A stretch of DNA of 64,000 nt from Candidatus Heimdallarchaeota archaeon (lineage in GTDB: Archaea > Asgardarchaeota > Heimdallarchaeia > Heimdallarchaeales > Heimdallarchaeaceae), in the NCBI GenBank assembly GCA_019057815.1, contig JAHLWR010000010.1:64001-128000 (forward strand), read 5' to 3'. Shown here piece after piece: positions 9,390 to 20,370 of this stretch; within the stretch, counting starts at the first letter, position 1, and each line of letters opens with the position of its first letter. The notes below the pieces were generated by a model that worked only from the letters and a program-made list of their open reading frames with translations, was not told the DNA's origin and made no database searches. Made by a program: the position numbers and the translations under genes.

Positions 9390-10934
9390 TCATGTTAGAT
9401 TAGTCTTTTTCATGCTTTCGTGATCTTTAAATTTCTGTTCTAAATCTATGCCTTCTTCTTGGAGTATCATTTTTGCTAGATAATAACCACTAACTAAAAC
9501 GCCTGGAACACCAAAACCAGGAAAGTTCCAATGACCTACCAAGAACAAGTCTTCAACCGCAGTATTATGAGGTAAAATACTATTATAGTAGTTTTTATCA
9601 ACCAACCAACCCATAATCGATCCTTCTTTATTATATGTATAGCGTTCAAAAGTCAGAGGTGTTGCACCAATAGAAAATTTTACAGCATCTTTAAATTCTG
9701 AACCTAGTTTTTGGTATACCCTTTCTAGGAGAATATTTTTCACTTCATGTTTGAGTTTTTTGTAACCTTCTCCTCTTTCTTTATTTTCGCTTGTCTGCCA
9801 ATTATCTTTATAATCATAAGGAAGTAAAGTTGCAACAACAACTGAATAGTCTATCTGTTTTTCAGGTTTAGGGGGGACTATTACAATAATTGGACTGTTT
9901 TCAGGTGTAAGATTGTTCTCAGGGATATCCATTGTTTCTTGATCAAGAATCACATAGTTGTTGATATTTTCAAAATCATATGATTGATCAATACTCAAGA
10001 AGATAAAGAAAGCAGAAATGAAAATATTTTGTTTCTCGATTTTTTTTCTTATGGTATCTAAACCTCTTACTCCTTTAGTCAATTTATCTAGAGTATGATG
10101 AATTGGAGCATTGGAGACAATTATATCTGCAGAAAATAGTGTACCATCAGAACATAGCACACCTTTTACTTTATTGCTTTCTATAATAATCTCTTGGACT
10201 TCAGAATTGAACTTTATCTCTCCCCCATGTTTTTCTATAGCTCTTACTAAAGCATTAGGTATGCTTTGCATTCCTCCTTCTGGATAGTAATTTCTATCTT
10301 CAACCATTTCAACCCAGCCATAAGCATGAGCCCAGAAGATTAAACTTTGAATTGGATAATAACCCCATAAAATACTTTGAACATCTGAATCAGAGACAAT
10401 GCTTTTTAGAATTTTGACTCCGTTTTTTAGCATAAATTTTGTTAGAGTTGGTCTTTTGATAATACTTCCAAAACCAAATTTCAGTTTTTCAAATAACTTC
10501 ATCTCATATGGTGCTTTTGGAGGTCCGCTTGCTCTACTCTGTTCATACATTTTTCTCGAAATGTCAAAAAAAGTTGTTATATCAGGAGCTGACATTGGAA
10601 AGAATTCTTTTAGTTCTTTTTCTGCATCCAGACCATTAAAACTATATTTTTTATCCCCTATATAATAAACAAATTTGTAATGTAGTTTTTCTGAGTTAAC
10701 ATGTTCTCCAAGATAATTCAAGAATTGATTGATTGTCTGATCGTCTCCCATCTCAAATAAATGAAAAATAGATGCATCAAATCTACAATTCTTCCTCGTA
10801 AAAGAGGTGACATAACCTCCAGGTACTGAATGTTTCTCTAAAATCAAAACCTTTTTGCCTTCTTTAGATAGAAAAGCACCAGTAGATAATCCTCCTATTC
10901 CACCCCCTACTACAATTACATTGTAATCAGACAT
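9390..10934 (-). CDS. Phytoene desaturase-family FAD-dependent oxidoreductase
   Basis: VIVVGGGIGGL, LEKHSVPGG, YPEGGMQ, TPLTFERYT...GSIMG, LFLVGHWNFPGFGVPG. Confidence 0.9.
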   Translation of the reverse strand: MSDYNVIVVGGGIGGLSTGAFLSKEGKKVLILEKHSVPGGYVTSFTRKNCRFDASIFHLFEMGDDQTINQFLNYLGEHVNSEKLHYKFVYYIGDKKYSFNGLDAEKELKEFFPMSAPDITTFFDISRKMYEQSRASGPPKAPYEMKLFEKLKFGFGSIIKRPTLTKFMLKNGVKILKSIVSDSDVQSILWGYYPIQSLIFWAHAYGWVEMVEDRNYYPEGGMQSIPNALVRAIEKHGGEIKFNSEVQEIIIESNKVKGVLCSDGTLFSADIIVSNAPIHHTLDKLTKGVRGLDTIRKKIEKQNIFISAFFIFLSIDQSYDFENINNYVILDQETMDIPENNLTPENSPIIVIVPPKPEKQIDYSVVVATLLPYDYKDNWQTSENKERGEGYKKLKHEVKNILLERVYQKLGSEFKDAVKFSIGATPLTFERYTYNKEGSIMGWLVDKNYYNSILPHNTAVEDLFLVGHWNFPGFGVPGVLVSGYYLAKMILQEEGIDLEQKFKDHESMKKTNLT

Positions 10935-11315
10935 AGTTTTTTCAAACTAAATAATGAAATAAAGTATATAAGTACTATTAAATAAATCAGATTTTCACAA
11001 GTGTAAATTCTCTAGTATAAGTAGTGGTTAGTTTTGTCGAATGTTTTGTTCGACTATATAATTATTAGAGGAATGAAAAGAGGAAAATCAATACTAGAGG
11101 AAGAGAAAGTTGTATTTCTATTAGAAAATAGTATAAGAATAGAATAATCGACTGTGAAAGTTTCTCCTCGAAAGCAAAATATAGAACTAAAATTTCAACC
11201 TTCTAAACTCGTTTTTATTGCAGAAGTCGTCTATAAGAAACGACCATCTTTAAAGAAGTCGTCTAAAAGATACTACTTGGTAATAATAAGTCACCTTGCA
11301 GCAACGACCTGAATG

Positions 11316-11491
11316 TGGAATAAGTCCTTTCTTGATCATCAGCATTAATTAAATTAACTACAATATGCTCGTGGAATAATGTCACTCCCAAGTCTTCTTG
11401 TTTAACAAGTCCGAGAACTGTGTTTATCAAAATAATCATATCCTTCCGATTTATATTTAGGAACTATTTCAAGCCCTTATAACTATTTTGA
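11316..11491 (-). pseudogene. Duplicated 5' fragment of the phosphotriesterase gene (copy 2)
   Basis: Near-identical to 9145-9320; homology ends after about 40 codons. Confidence 0.85.
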
Positions 11492-11542
11492 GAAATCGCT
11501 GAAAAAAGATAAAATCAAAATTGAGCAGTTGTATGTTTGATT

Positions 11543-12046
11543 TTAATATTTTTCATAATGAACTTGGGTATCTAGTTCTTTTCTCGTTTTTGTTGGTTCT
11601 TCATCAGGATATCCAGTAGCAACTAATCCTAGAATATTTAGATGTTCAGGAACTCCAAGCAAATCTTTTATCTCTGGCTCAATTGATGAATCTATAACTC
11701 CAGCCCAACATGTACCTAATCCTAGACTATGTGCTTCTATCATATATTGTAATGTCGCTAAAGCTGAATCAGACATATGATACTTAGCATGTACCTCTGG
11801 GTTTGTTAGAGGAACGAAAACCACTGGACTTTCTGCTACAAATCTAGCATAAGGGTGAATTTCTGAAAGTTTCCTTCGAACCTGTTTGTCAGTTACAATA
11901 AGAAACTCCCAAGGTTGTTTGTTCGACGCTGAAGGAGCCCATCTAGCAGCTTCTAAGCATTTCTCTATTTTTTCTTCTTCAACTGGTAGATCTTTATATT
12001 TTCGTATACTTCTACGGGTTTTTAGTAGATTTAAAATGTCATTCAT
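11543..12046 (-). CDS. Nitroreductase family protein (copy 1)
   Basis: TRRSIRKY, ARWAPSASNKQPWEF, AHSLGLGTCW. Confidence 0.95.
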   Translation of the reverse strand: MNDILNLLKTRRSIRKYKDLPVEEEKIEKCLEAARWAPSASNKQPWEFLIVTDKQVRRKLSEIHPYARFVAESPVVFVPLTNPEVHAKYHMSDSALATLQYMIEAHSLGLGTCWAGVIDSSIEPEIKDLLGVPEHLNILGLVATGYPDEEPTKTRKELDTQVHYEKY

Positions 12047-12262
12047 TTTTTTCTCCTTCTAAAAGATGAGTCTTATTTATTAAAAATGTATTTCCTGAAA
12101 GACTACCTGAAATTAAGTATTTATCTATTTCTCATTATGGAATTGGAGTTATCACGTCCATAGCTGACATACTTTTCTTCACAGTTTGAGATATCGAAGA
12201 TGAGAAAAAAGGATAAAAAAGTTAGGATGAAAATATTAGATCATAGTAGAATCATATTTTGG

Positions 12263-12775
12263 CTATTTCTCAATTACTTTTAATACTTTTAAGTAAACAC
12301 TCTTTACTCCATTGTTTTGCTCTTTTTCTATAAGTTTCTCGAATTTCTCCACAAGTTCTTCCTGCAGTCTTTTATTATTCTTAGCTATTCCTGCAAGTCC
12401 AAATGCTGCACACCATCTAACGACTGTGCTTTTATGATTTGTATTTTCTAAAAGTTTTGGAACTGCTCTACTTGCCTTTTCTGGGTATTTCTCGGCTATG
12501 TATCCTATTGATTCTGGTATTCCCCATTTCACTTTGTTTGCTTTGTAATCTATATAACCTATTAGCATGTCAATATAGGGTAAGAACAATTCAGGATTTG
12601 ATTGAGAAACGAATTTCATTACTTCTGCACAAGTTCCTTTGATGACATCTGAACCTTCTTGGAATAATTTTATTAAATCCGCAAAGAGTTTTCCATCTTT
12701 CTCTATTTCTGAAACCATCTTACTAACTTTCTCTTTTGGTTTTAGATCAGATTGAAATATTAGTTGAAATACCAT
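12263..12775 (-). CDS. HEAT-repeat protein
   Basis: Helical repeats such as KVKWGIPESIG and VVRWCAAFGLA. Confidence 0.7.
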   Translation of the reverse strand: MVFQLIFQSDLKPKEKVSKMVSEIEKDGKLFADLIKLFQEGSDVIKGTCAEVMKFVSQSNPELFLPYIDMLIGYIDYKANKVKWGIPESIGYIAEKYPEKASRAVPKLLENTNHKSTVVRWCAAFGLAGIAKNNKRLQEELVEKFEKLIEKEQNNGVKSVYLKVLKVIEK

Positions 12776-13028
12776 ATATCAGAAAGTTGTTTTCAATATT
12801 TAAAATAATCACTCTAATTCAAACTTAAAAGAAGAAAGATAGAATCACGACTTGGAAAGGTAAAATTCGGAACTCGTAATCCCTTTTAATAGCTAGTTTT
12901 TACCCAAAAATGAGTTAACTCATAGCTTCAATGATTAGAAGAAAGTGTTCATTAATTTTAGGTCTTTCGGACATATATTATATGAATATCTTTATAAACG
13001 TATAATTGGTACTTTATTCAGTGGTTCT

Positions 13029-14423
13029 ATGTTTGATCCAACAACAGATTCGTTGAAACAGTTCATTAAATCAAGTTATATAGAAATAGCAGAATTAGTT
13101 AAAAGTACTGCACATAATAAGCGAATCCTGATTCTAGCTTCATTACTTGATGGTAGAAAATCCTTCCCCGAGCTAAAAATAGAGACTAGTTTAAGTAAAA
13201 CAGCATTAGCCAATCATCTGGCTTTGATGCTTAATTCCAATATCATTACAAGAATCGATCGGGGGTCGTATGAACTTACTAAAGATGGTAAAGAATTGCT
13301 ATTCGATATTGCTAAGATTTACTATCAATCAGAGAACTATCAACTGAAACAAAGAGAACTGCTATCAAAACAATATCAAAGATTTAGAAATTTAGGTGAT
13401 GTTATGACAAAACAAGAAAAACGCGTATCAAATGTAGCTGTTTATCAACCTCATGGATTGTCTTATTCTTCTGCTATTAGTGGAATTCTTCAATCTGTGG
13501 GAGAAGAATGGGGTGTTGATGATGTTACTGCTTTCACAGGTTATGGCTTTCTTATCAACACAAGTAGAGACCAAATTTGCCCTTCAGGCCCCACTGCTCT
13601 AGCAGCAGCTTGGAAAACAATCCGAGACGCAACTGAGAAACTTGGCTGGCAATTCAGATTCCACATCGATAATCAACCGTTTCCCAGTAGCACAGACTCA
13701 TCTCAACCTCTGAGTAAGAATGATGAGAAAAGAGCAAAAGAATTCTTTGGAAAGGTAAAAGAAGCTATCGATAAATATGACCGTCCAGTTGTAATCTGGG
13801 GTATTCCTGTCCCTGAATACGGAATTGTTAATGGGTATCAAGATGACTATTATCTTGTAAGCACGTTTAGAACTCTCTTGAACCAAGAAGAAACTCCAAT
13901 AGCTTATAACAAGCTTCAAGCTCCTGGTTGTATGGATCTTTTTATTCTCGAGAAGAAAACTCACCCACCAACAGACAAGGATTACAGGGATTCGATCGTC
14001 CGAGCTTTAAAGATGGCAAGGGGCGAAGGTGTTGCTGGGGGTGATTATGTAGCAGGACCAGAAGCTTATGATATTCTGCAAAAACAGTTGCTAGAAACTG
14101 AGGAAGAGAAGATCCAACCATTTGCTTTTGCGTACTTAGTCGACTGTTATTATTGTGCGAGAGAGAGTTCCTTCAACTACTTGAACAAACTTGCTGATAA
14201 ATACAAGAAAGAAAACTTTGACAAGTATATTAAGAAAGCAGCAGATGTCTATGGTAGAATCACTGAACAATACAAAGAACTTCAGAAGATCTTTCCATTA
14301 TTTGGAGCGCAAGATCTTTCCCTTGAAAGCAGGAAGAAATATGCAAGTATCTTAAGCCAGATAAAAGATTCAGAAGAACAAGCTATAGTAAGTTTAGAGA
14401 GAATTGTTGAGAATTGGAAGTAA
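13029..14423 (+). CDS. ArsR-type winged-HTH regulator fused to a large C-terminal domain
   Basis: RILILASL..SFPEL..SKTALANHL..YELT..G. The C-terminal part resembles BtrH/C39-like folds (tentative). Start at ATG 13029. Confidence 0.75.
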   Translation: MFDPTTDSLKQFIKSSYIEIAELVKSTAHNKRILILASLLDGRKSFPELKIETSLSKTALANHLALMLNSNIITRIDRGSYELTKDGKELLFDIAKIYYQSENYQLKQRELLSKQYQRFRNLGDVMTKQEKRVSNVAVYQPHGLSYSSAISGILQSVGEEWGVDDVTAFTGYGFLINTSRDQICPSGPTALAAAWKTIRDATEKLGWQFRFHIDNQPFPSSTDSSQPLSKNDEKRAKEFFGKVKEAIDKYDRPVVIWGIPVPEYGIVNGYQDDYYLVSTFRTLLNQEETPIAYNKLQAPGCMDLFILEKKTHPPTDKDYRDSIVRALKMARGEGVAGGDYVAGPEAYDILQKQLLETEEEKIQPFAFAYLVDCYYCARESSFNYLNKLADKYKKENFDKYIKKAADVYGRITEQYKELQKIFPLFGAQDLSLESRKKYASILSQIKDSEEQAIVSLERIVENWK

Positions 14424-14554
14424 TTCATCCCAGAAGAGAATCCTACCCCAATTCTCATATTACTTTTTTTTTGATGTTTATTTAGATTTCTAAAGATTAT
14501 TATTAAGTTAATTAGAGACATCAATTGTTTCTTCGAAGAAAATAGAAAGTTGAT

Positions 14555-15502
14555 TCACTTCTCTTTTCTTTTCAATAGTTTCTTAAATCGAAAAACAATT
14601 CCTTTAAGATTCAAGTAGTTGTATTCATAGAATAGAACCATAAGCCATATTAATCCAATACCATTAATAGAAAGAAAAATTAATGGAAAGTTTCTTATTA
14701 AGGTAGCATTTGATAAGTTTAGAGGGAGAAAGATAAGAAATATGGACTCTAGAGCAAAAAGTAAAGCAGTATTCAACGAAAATAAAGCGCAGAAATGATA
14801 TTGCTTTGTGTATAACATACGAATAAGTATTGCTACTATTAAAAAGCAACCAGCGAATATGAAACCTCTTGTGGCTGATTGAATATAATTGAAGTCAGGG
14901 TTTACTTTTAAAGAATCAAAAGTTTTATAAAAAATACCTTTTGAAATTCTTGAAAAGGACAATACTATAGGTAAAATAACTATAATTGTTATATAAAATA
15001 CAAAAACAGCTAGTGGATGTTGATAAAATTTAGCTTTTTTCTCTTTAAGAGGAACTTTCGATAATTTCAGTATCAGAAATAGAACAAGGACAATTATTAT
15101 GCAAAAGCTTATCAAATTCATAAATCCAGCTACATTACTAACTAAGAAAACATCTGATTTTAAATGATTTAACTCAACTATAAAGCAAATTGATTGAAGA
15201 ATAGGATATAAACTCATTAATTTCCATCTTCTGTGAAGGGACACAAACAGAAAGAAGGAAATTAAAAGCAAAATTACAAAGAAAAAACCTGTTAAGAACA
15301 TATTTAAAGAGTAGTTATAGTCTTTATTAAACCAAATAACTGGAAGTATTCCAATATTTGCGGACCACAAATAAGAAGTAGTAACAAGAGTGTTTGTAAA
15401 AGGTAAAATTACTAATGAGAGAAATAATGAAACTATTATCAATATTTCTTGAATATTCTTTTTCATACAACGATTATATTCTAAGTTCTTCAATAAACTC
15501 AC
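14555..15502 (-). CDS. Hypothetical multi-pass membrane protein
   Basis: About 8 hydrophobic segments; start uncertain. Confidence 0.65.
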   Translation of the reverse strand: MSLLKNLEYNRCMKKNIQEILIIVSLFLSLVILPFTNTLVTTSYLWSANIGILPVIWFNKDYNYSLNMFLTGFFFVILLLISFFLFVSLHRRWKLMSLYPILQSICFIVELNHLKSDVFLVSNVAGFMNLISFCIIIVLVLFLILKLSKVPLKEKKAKFYQHPLAVFVFYITIIVILPIVLSFSRISKGIFYKTFDSLKVNPDFNYIQSATRGFIFAGCFLIVAILIRMLYTKQYHFCALFSLNTALLFALESIFLIFLPLNLSNATLIRNFPLIFLSINGIGLIWLMVLFYEYNYLNLKGIVFRFKKLLKRKEK

Positions 15503-15693
15503 ATTTCAATTGTAACAGCTTTTAAAAATTTAGCTCAATGAATGAGTCTTTTGATCTATTTCTCTTTGAGAGTTAGTTAATATTTCTTTAGTAATAGATT
15601 ATCTAGACCCCAGAAGTTATGGTAGTGTGCTGTTACTGTTGCTATTGAAGTTATGATTTACGTTCTGTAATGCTGACTTTCGACGCTATAAAT

Positions 15694-15944
15694 CTGAGTA
15701 TACTTATACAGATTCTGAAAAACCAACTGAAAATGTTGATACATATGAATGACAACATAGTTTTTCAGCTATTTCAAACTCGCTTATCAATGCTGGGTCA
15801 ATTATATTAAACGTAAAAGAGTATCCATTTACATGCTACAAACGGCTTCCTTTTGTTGTTAAATGCGGGGACGGGTATTGGAGAATGAAAGATAGTAAAT
15901 ATGAGATTCCTCTCATATTTAGCATAAAAGCTGAAAAAAAATAA
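15694..15944 (+). pseudogene. C-terminal remnant of a class I SAM methyltransferase
   Basis: YTYTD...YE*QHSFSAISNSLINAG..KEYPF...IPLIFSIKAEK, with an internal TGA and no 5' half. Confidence 0.6.
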
Positions 15945-16105
15945 GATTAAAATTAAGTAAAAAGAATAGAGAATAGAATAATCTCTATTCTTGAAAAATC
16001 ATAGAGTTCTTTAGCTGTTTTTCTATCTTGACTTTGACAGGATTCATCATGGATTTTAACAGTTAAGAGCGAATTAATTATATAAGATAATCAAAATAGC
16101 TTTAA

Positions 16106-16939
16106 TTGATGTTAGACTCTGTAGCTCTGGTGAAATATGAGAACAACATTGAAAAAGCTCTCGAAAAAGGTATTGGACTTATTAATGGTTTTAAAAGTCT
16201 TAAATCACCAGTAATAATAAAGCCTAATATTTGTACACAAGTAGATAAGACTGGTTTTGCAGTGAATGATGTTCTAGTAGTCCAAGCTTTGATAGAATTG
16301 ATTCTTAAAGAAAACCAAAATCTTTCCATTAAAATCGTGGAATCAGACAGTATGAGTAAATTTGCTGACGAAGCTTTTGATAAATTTGGTTATAAGGATT
16401 TAGAAGAAAGAATACAAGAGTCTGGTTTTGATGTTTCATTAATAAATCTAAGCCATTCCACAACAGTTGAGACTAATTTCGAAGGAAGTTATTTTAAGAA
16501 ACCTAAGCTTCCCAAGATACTTATTGGTTCTAAATTTTTCATTTCTCTTGCTGTGGCAAAAACACACTATTTGACGTTTTTCACTGGGACATTAAAGAAT
16601 CTTTTTGGACTTCTACCAAGAAAGGATCAATCGTTCTATCATCCAAACATTAATGACGTCATTGTTGACTTAAACAGATTTATTCGACCTAATCTCTGCA
16701 TTGTTGACGCTAGAGTGGGTCTTGAAGGTTGGGAAGGACCAAAATCAAGAAGTTTAAACAGGTTTGTTATAGGTACTAAACCAGTGTCAACAGATGCCAC
16801 TATGGCTAGAATTATGGGATTTGAACCAGAAAGAGCAAATCATTTGGTGGAAGCAGCAAATTATGACCTTGGTTCTTTAACACCTAAAATTGTTGGAGAG
16901 AAAATTGAAACTTCAAAAATACAATTCAACCCTCCCTGA
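16106..16939 (+). CDS. DUF362 family protein
   Basis: IIKPN, KTH...TGTLKNLFG, EGWEGP, PVSTDA..ARIMGF. Confidence 0.88.
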   Translation: MMLDSVALVKYENNIEKALEKGIGLINGFKSLKSPVIIKPNICTQVDKTGFAVNDVLVVQALIELILKENQNLSIKIVESDSMSKFADEAFDKFGYKDLEERIQESGFDVSLINLSHSTTVETNFEGSYFKKPKLPKILIGSKFFISLAVAKTHYLTFFTGTLKNLFGLLPRKDQSFYHPNINDVIVDLNRFIRPNLCIVDARVGLEGWEGPKSRSLNRFVIGTKPVSTDATMARIMGFEPERANHLVEAANYDLGSLTPKIVGEKIETSKIQFNPP

Positions 16940-17057
16940 TTATTTTTTCATCATCTGTTTATTCCATTATATCAGTAGCTGGAATTAGATAGTAAGAAAG
17001 AAAAAACGAAGTTTAACATATCTTGAAATGTAGATCCACTTTTACGTATGTTTGATT

Positions 17058-17573
17058 TTAATATTTCTCATAATGAACTAGGGTATCTAGTTCTTTTCTC
17101 GTTTTTGTTGGTTCTTCATCAGAATATCCAGTAGCAACTAATCCTAGAATATTTAGATGGTCAGGAACTCCAAGCAAATCTTTTATCTCTGGCTCAATTG
17201 ATGAATCTATAACTCCAGCCCAACATGTACCTAATCCTAGACTATGTGCTTCTATCATAAATTGTATTGTCGCCAAAGCTGAATCTGACATATGATACTT
17301 AGCATGTACCTCTGGGTTTGTTAGAGTAACGAAAACCACTGGACTTTCAGCAACAAATCTAGCATAGGGGTGAATTTCTGAAAGTTTCTTTCGAACCTGT
17401 TTGTCTGTTACAATAAGAAATTCCCAAGGTTGTTTGTTTGATGCAGAAGGAGCCCATCTAGCAGCTTCTAAACATTTCTCTATCTTTTCTTCTTCTACTT
17501 TTTGATCTTTATATTTTCGGATACTCCTACGGGTTTTTAATAGATTTAAAGCGTCATTCATTTTTTTCTCCAT
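17058..17573 (-). CDS. Nitroreductase family protein (copy 2)
   Basis: Near-identical to 11543-12046, including flanking DNA. Confidence 0.95.
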   Translation of the reverse strand: MEKKMNDALNLLKTRRSIRKYKDQKVEEEKIEKCLEAARWAPSASNKQPWEFLIVTDKQVRKKLSEIHPYARFVAESPVVFVTLTNPEVHAKYHMSDSALATIQFMIEAHSLGLGTCWAGVIDSSIEPEIKDLLGVPDHLNILGLVATGYSDEEPTKTRKELDTLVHYEKY

Positions 17574-17821
17574 CTAAAAGATGAGTCTTATTTTAAAAAT
17601 GTATTTCATAATTCTATGTTTTTACTTACTTTGTGAGTTGTAAATAAATAGGAAAAAAAAGTAATGAAAAACAAAGAAGCTCTTCTTTAATGACTTCTTA
17701 AATGATCCTTGATCTTCTAGCCATTATAGCACCTTCACCAATTGCACATCTCGCTACTCTCAAGTATTGATTTGGAGGATACACCAAAGAAAGATCTGAT
17801 AACTTGAATCATTTCTTCTTC

Positions 17822-18004
17822 TCATAATTCTGAAGCTGGTTTTCCTTCCTTACCCCATCGATTTTTCGGGATATCATGAATAATTATATTGACAGTTTGA
17901 GGTTTAGAACCTTGTTTCACGAAAACATCAGTTATTCCTGCAATTATTTCCTTAATTTGCTCATCTGTTCTTCCTTCCCAAAGATATACTTGTATTGTTG
18001 GCAT
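17822..18004 (-). CDS. 4-oxalocrotonate tautomerase family protein (paralog of 5534-5716)
   Basis: MPTIQV..WEGRTDEQ..WGKEGKPASE. Confidence 0.92.
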   Translation of the reverse strand: MPTIQVYLWEGRTDEQIKEIIAGITDVFVKQGSKPQTVNIIIHDIPKNRWGKEGKPASEL

Positions 18005-18056
18005 TTTTTCACCTCTGATAGTTGGTTGATTTAATTACACTAAATTATCTTTCATA

Positions 18057-18839
18057 TTAATTTTTTCTAGCTAAGATGAATAATATAGAGGCATCAGTAA
18101 CCCCGTTTTTCTTTAAATCTTGCTCTAGCTTATTTGCTTCCTTTTCTAGTTGTTCATATTCTGGGTAATCTCTTATCTTTTCCAATGAAGAACTTAAATC
18201 ATCTATCTCTATATCTATCATCACTTCATACATTGGATTGTCACACTGTTCTTTTTCCTCACAGAATAAGCATTTAGGATATCTTGTGGAATCAAATATT
18301 TCTAGTTCCTCTGTCTTCAGAATGCTCATCATTTTCTTTATTTCCTCTTTTGTGTAAGTAACTCTATGATATTCGCCTAACAAAGAATCTATTTTCGCTC
18401 CAAAGTGATGAGCTTGTGAAGAAGCTAGTTGTGCATCTGTCTGTGTAAGATCTGAATACATTTCTTGAATGATCAGATAACCTTGAGGTTTAACTACTCT
18501 GAACATCTCTTTCAGTACTTTTTCTGGTCTTTCCAGATGGTGAAGAGAACTAGCAATACTTACTATATTAAAAGTATTATCTGGAAATTCCATCTTTTCA
18601 GCATTCATTTTCTTGAATTCTGCAATTTTTTCGTACTCTTTCTCTGCTTTTTTTAACTCTTTTTCATTAAGATCAATCCCTACAAAAGAGTCAGAATTTT
18701 TCAATATCTGTTTGAGAAGACCTATGAATTCTCCATGTCCTGTCCCAACATCTAAAATTTCCTCTCCTGAAAGTTCTTTCAGTCTGTTTACTATTTTATC
18801 TGCACCAGAAGTAGCTAGAACAGTTGAGCGTACATCCAT
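18057..18839 (-). CDS. Class I SAM-dependent methyltransferase
   Basis: ILDVGTGHG, GIDLN, SLHHLE..LKEMFRVVKPQG. Confidence 0.9.
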   Translation of the reverse strand: MDVRSTVLATSGADKIVNRLKELSGEEILDVGTGHGEFIGLLKQILKNSDSFVGIDLNEKELKKAEKEYEKIAEFKKMNAEKMEFPDNTFNIVSIASSLHHLERPEKVLKEMFRVVKPQGYLIIQEMYSDLTQTDAQLASSQAHHFGAKIDSLLGEYHRVTYTKEEIKKMMSILKTEELEIFDSTRYPKCLFCEEKEQCDNPMYEVMIDIEIDDLSSSLEKIRDYPEYEQLEKEANKLEQDLKKNGVTDASILFILARKN

Positions 18840-19214
18840 AGCATTTCAAGAGATTAAGCATTTAATAATGATTTGATTTTTAAGCCAATTTTAGTTTCTC
18901 TGCAAAGTGAAAATCTCTGTAGAATTCTTTATCTTAATTCTTTCTGCATAGATTCTTTCTACTTCTATTTATAAATCTGAAGTTGATAATAATCTTCTGT
19001 ATATTCCATATGATAAAAAAATCTGTATTTGGTCATTATCTTAATTAGTTCCTTTCTTATCAGCCGTTCAAAGAAAACATGATGAATCCTCAGATTGGTT
19101 AGCTTATGTAGATTATATCTAATGCCCTGATTCTTCTGTAGAGGTTCTATGGGAAATAGAAAAGACACTAATGGAAAAGAAGTAGAGATTTATGGAATTT
19201 TGGAAAAAACTCCA

Positions 19215-20090
19215 CTATTTGATCCCGTTTTCTATTTCTGCAATTATTCCTTTTAGTTCCCGTTCATCCTCTGGTTTAATAATTGGATTTTCAATATCGG
19301 ATTTTGCTTTTAAAAAATATTTTTTAGCTTCTTTTTCTTTTCCTTCTTTCTTCAGATTTTTAGCTATATTCACTAATCCCCATCTATACATCAATGCATG
19401 AGCATCAGTAAAACCAGTAAAATCTACATCAAGCTCTTTGAAACGTTTGATATAGTCTATTGTTTCATCAATGAATTTGGTGTCTTCTAATACCTTTTCA
19501 TGACCAAGAATCATTTTGTTGAATTCTATCTTCTTAAAACTCTCCAAAGTTTCAATAAATTTATCCAAATTTGGCCAGTTTATTGATGGAAGTGGATGTA
19601 CTAGAATATCACCTATGAGTAGTATCTTATCTATACTGTCATAACAGCTAGCTGAATCCTTTGTATGACCAGGAGAGTAAAAGAATTCAACTCCTTCATC
19701 AACGAAAGCTAATCTCTCCTTAAAAGTTAAATTTGGAAAAACTATTTTTTCTATAACTGACTTATATGCATCATATTGCTTAAGAAGATCAACAGTATCT
19801 TGGAATACTTCAAAACTAAAATGATGAGCAATAATGAATTTTGACTCTATTATCTCATTACCACCCATATGATCATAATGACCATGAGTATTGAAGATAA
19901 TCACTGGTTTTGTTAGAAGGTTGTTCTCTTCTAGATATTTCTTCACATCTTCCATTTGATTTTCCAATACAACTCCTGTATCTATTATGAAAAGATAGTT
20001 TGGACTATTTATACAATAAACTTGAACAGAGAAAGGTTTGCTAGGAAGATTAAACAATATTCCTCTAGAACCTATTTTATTAGTTTCCAT
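19215..20090 (-). CDS. MBL-fold metallo-hydrolase
   Basis: THGHYDHMGGN, PGHT, GD, GH motifs. Confidence 0.9.
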   Translation of the reverse strand: METNKIGSRGILFNLPSKPFSVQVYCINSPNYLFIIDTGVVLENQMEDVKKYLEENNLLTKPVIIFNTHGHYDHMGGNEIIESKFIIAHHFSFEVFQDTVDLLKQYDAYKSVIEKIVFPNLTFKERLAFVDEGVEFFYSPGHTKDSASCYDSIDKILLIGDILVHPLPSINWPNLDKFIETLESFKKIEFNKMILGHEKVLEDTKFIDETIDYIKRFKELDVDFTGFTDAHALMYRWGLVNIAKNLKKEGKEKEAKKYFLKAKSDIENPIIKPEDERELKGIIAEIENGIK

Positions 20091-20370
20091 AACCTAACAG
20101 CTTATTACACACTTATATTATTTACATAAAAATGTCCATGTTTACCTTTCCCCACAAGTGACACATTTGTAAGGAACTGCTAACTGCTTCTCTACAGGAT
20201 CTAAATTGATGGACAAGATTCTTTAAACTTTGTATGAGTTTTACATTCATAGGTTTGTTGACGGCACTTTGACCCTAAAATTTTGCGATAATTCGGAAAT
20301 ACTATTAGTAACAGAAAAAAGATATAAGTTTCTCTACTCGACCAATCTTACTCATATTTTGAGTTGAGAA

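Noticed and set aside
17690-20290. Tiny possible remnants (thioredoxin-reductase-like AIGEGAI near 17730; zinc-ribbon-like YKCVTCG near 20160)
   Set aside because: Too short to support without a search.
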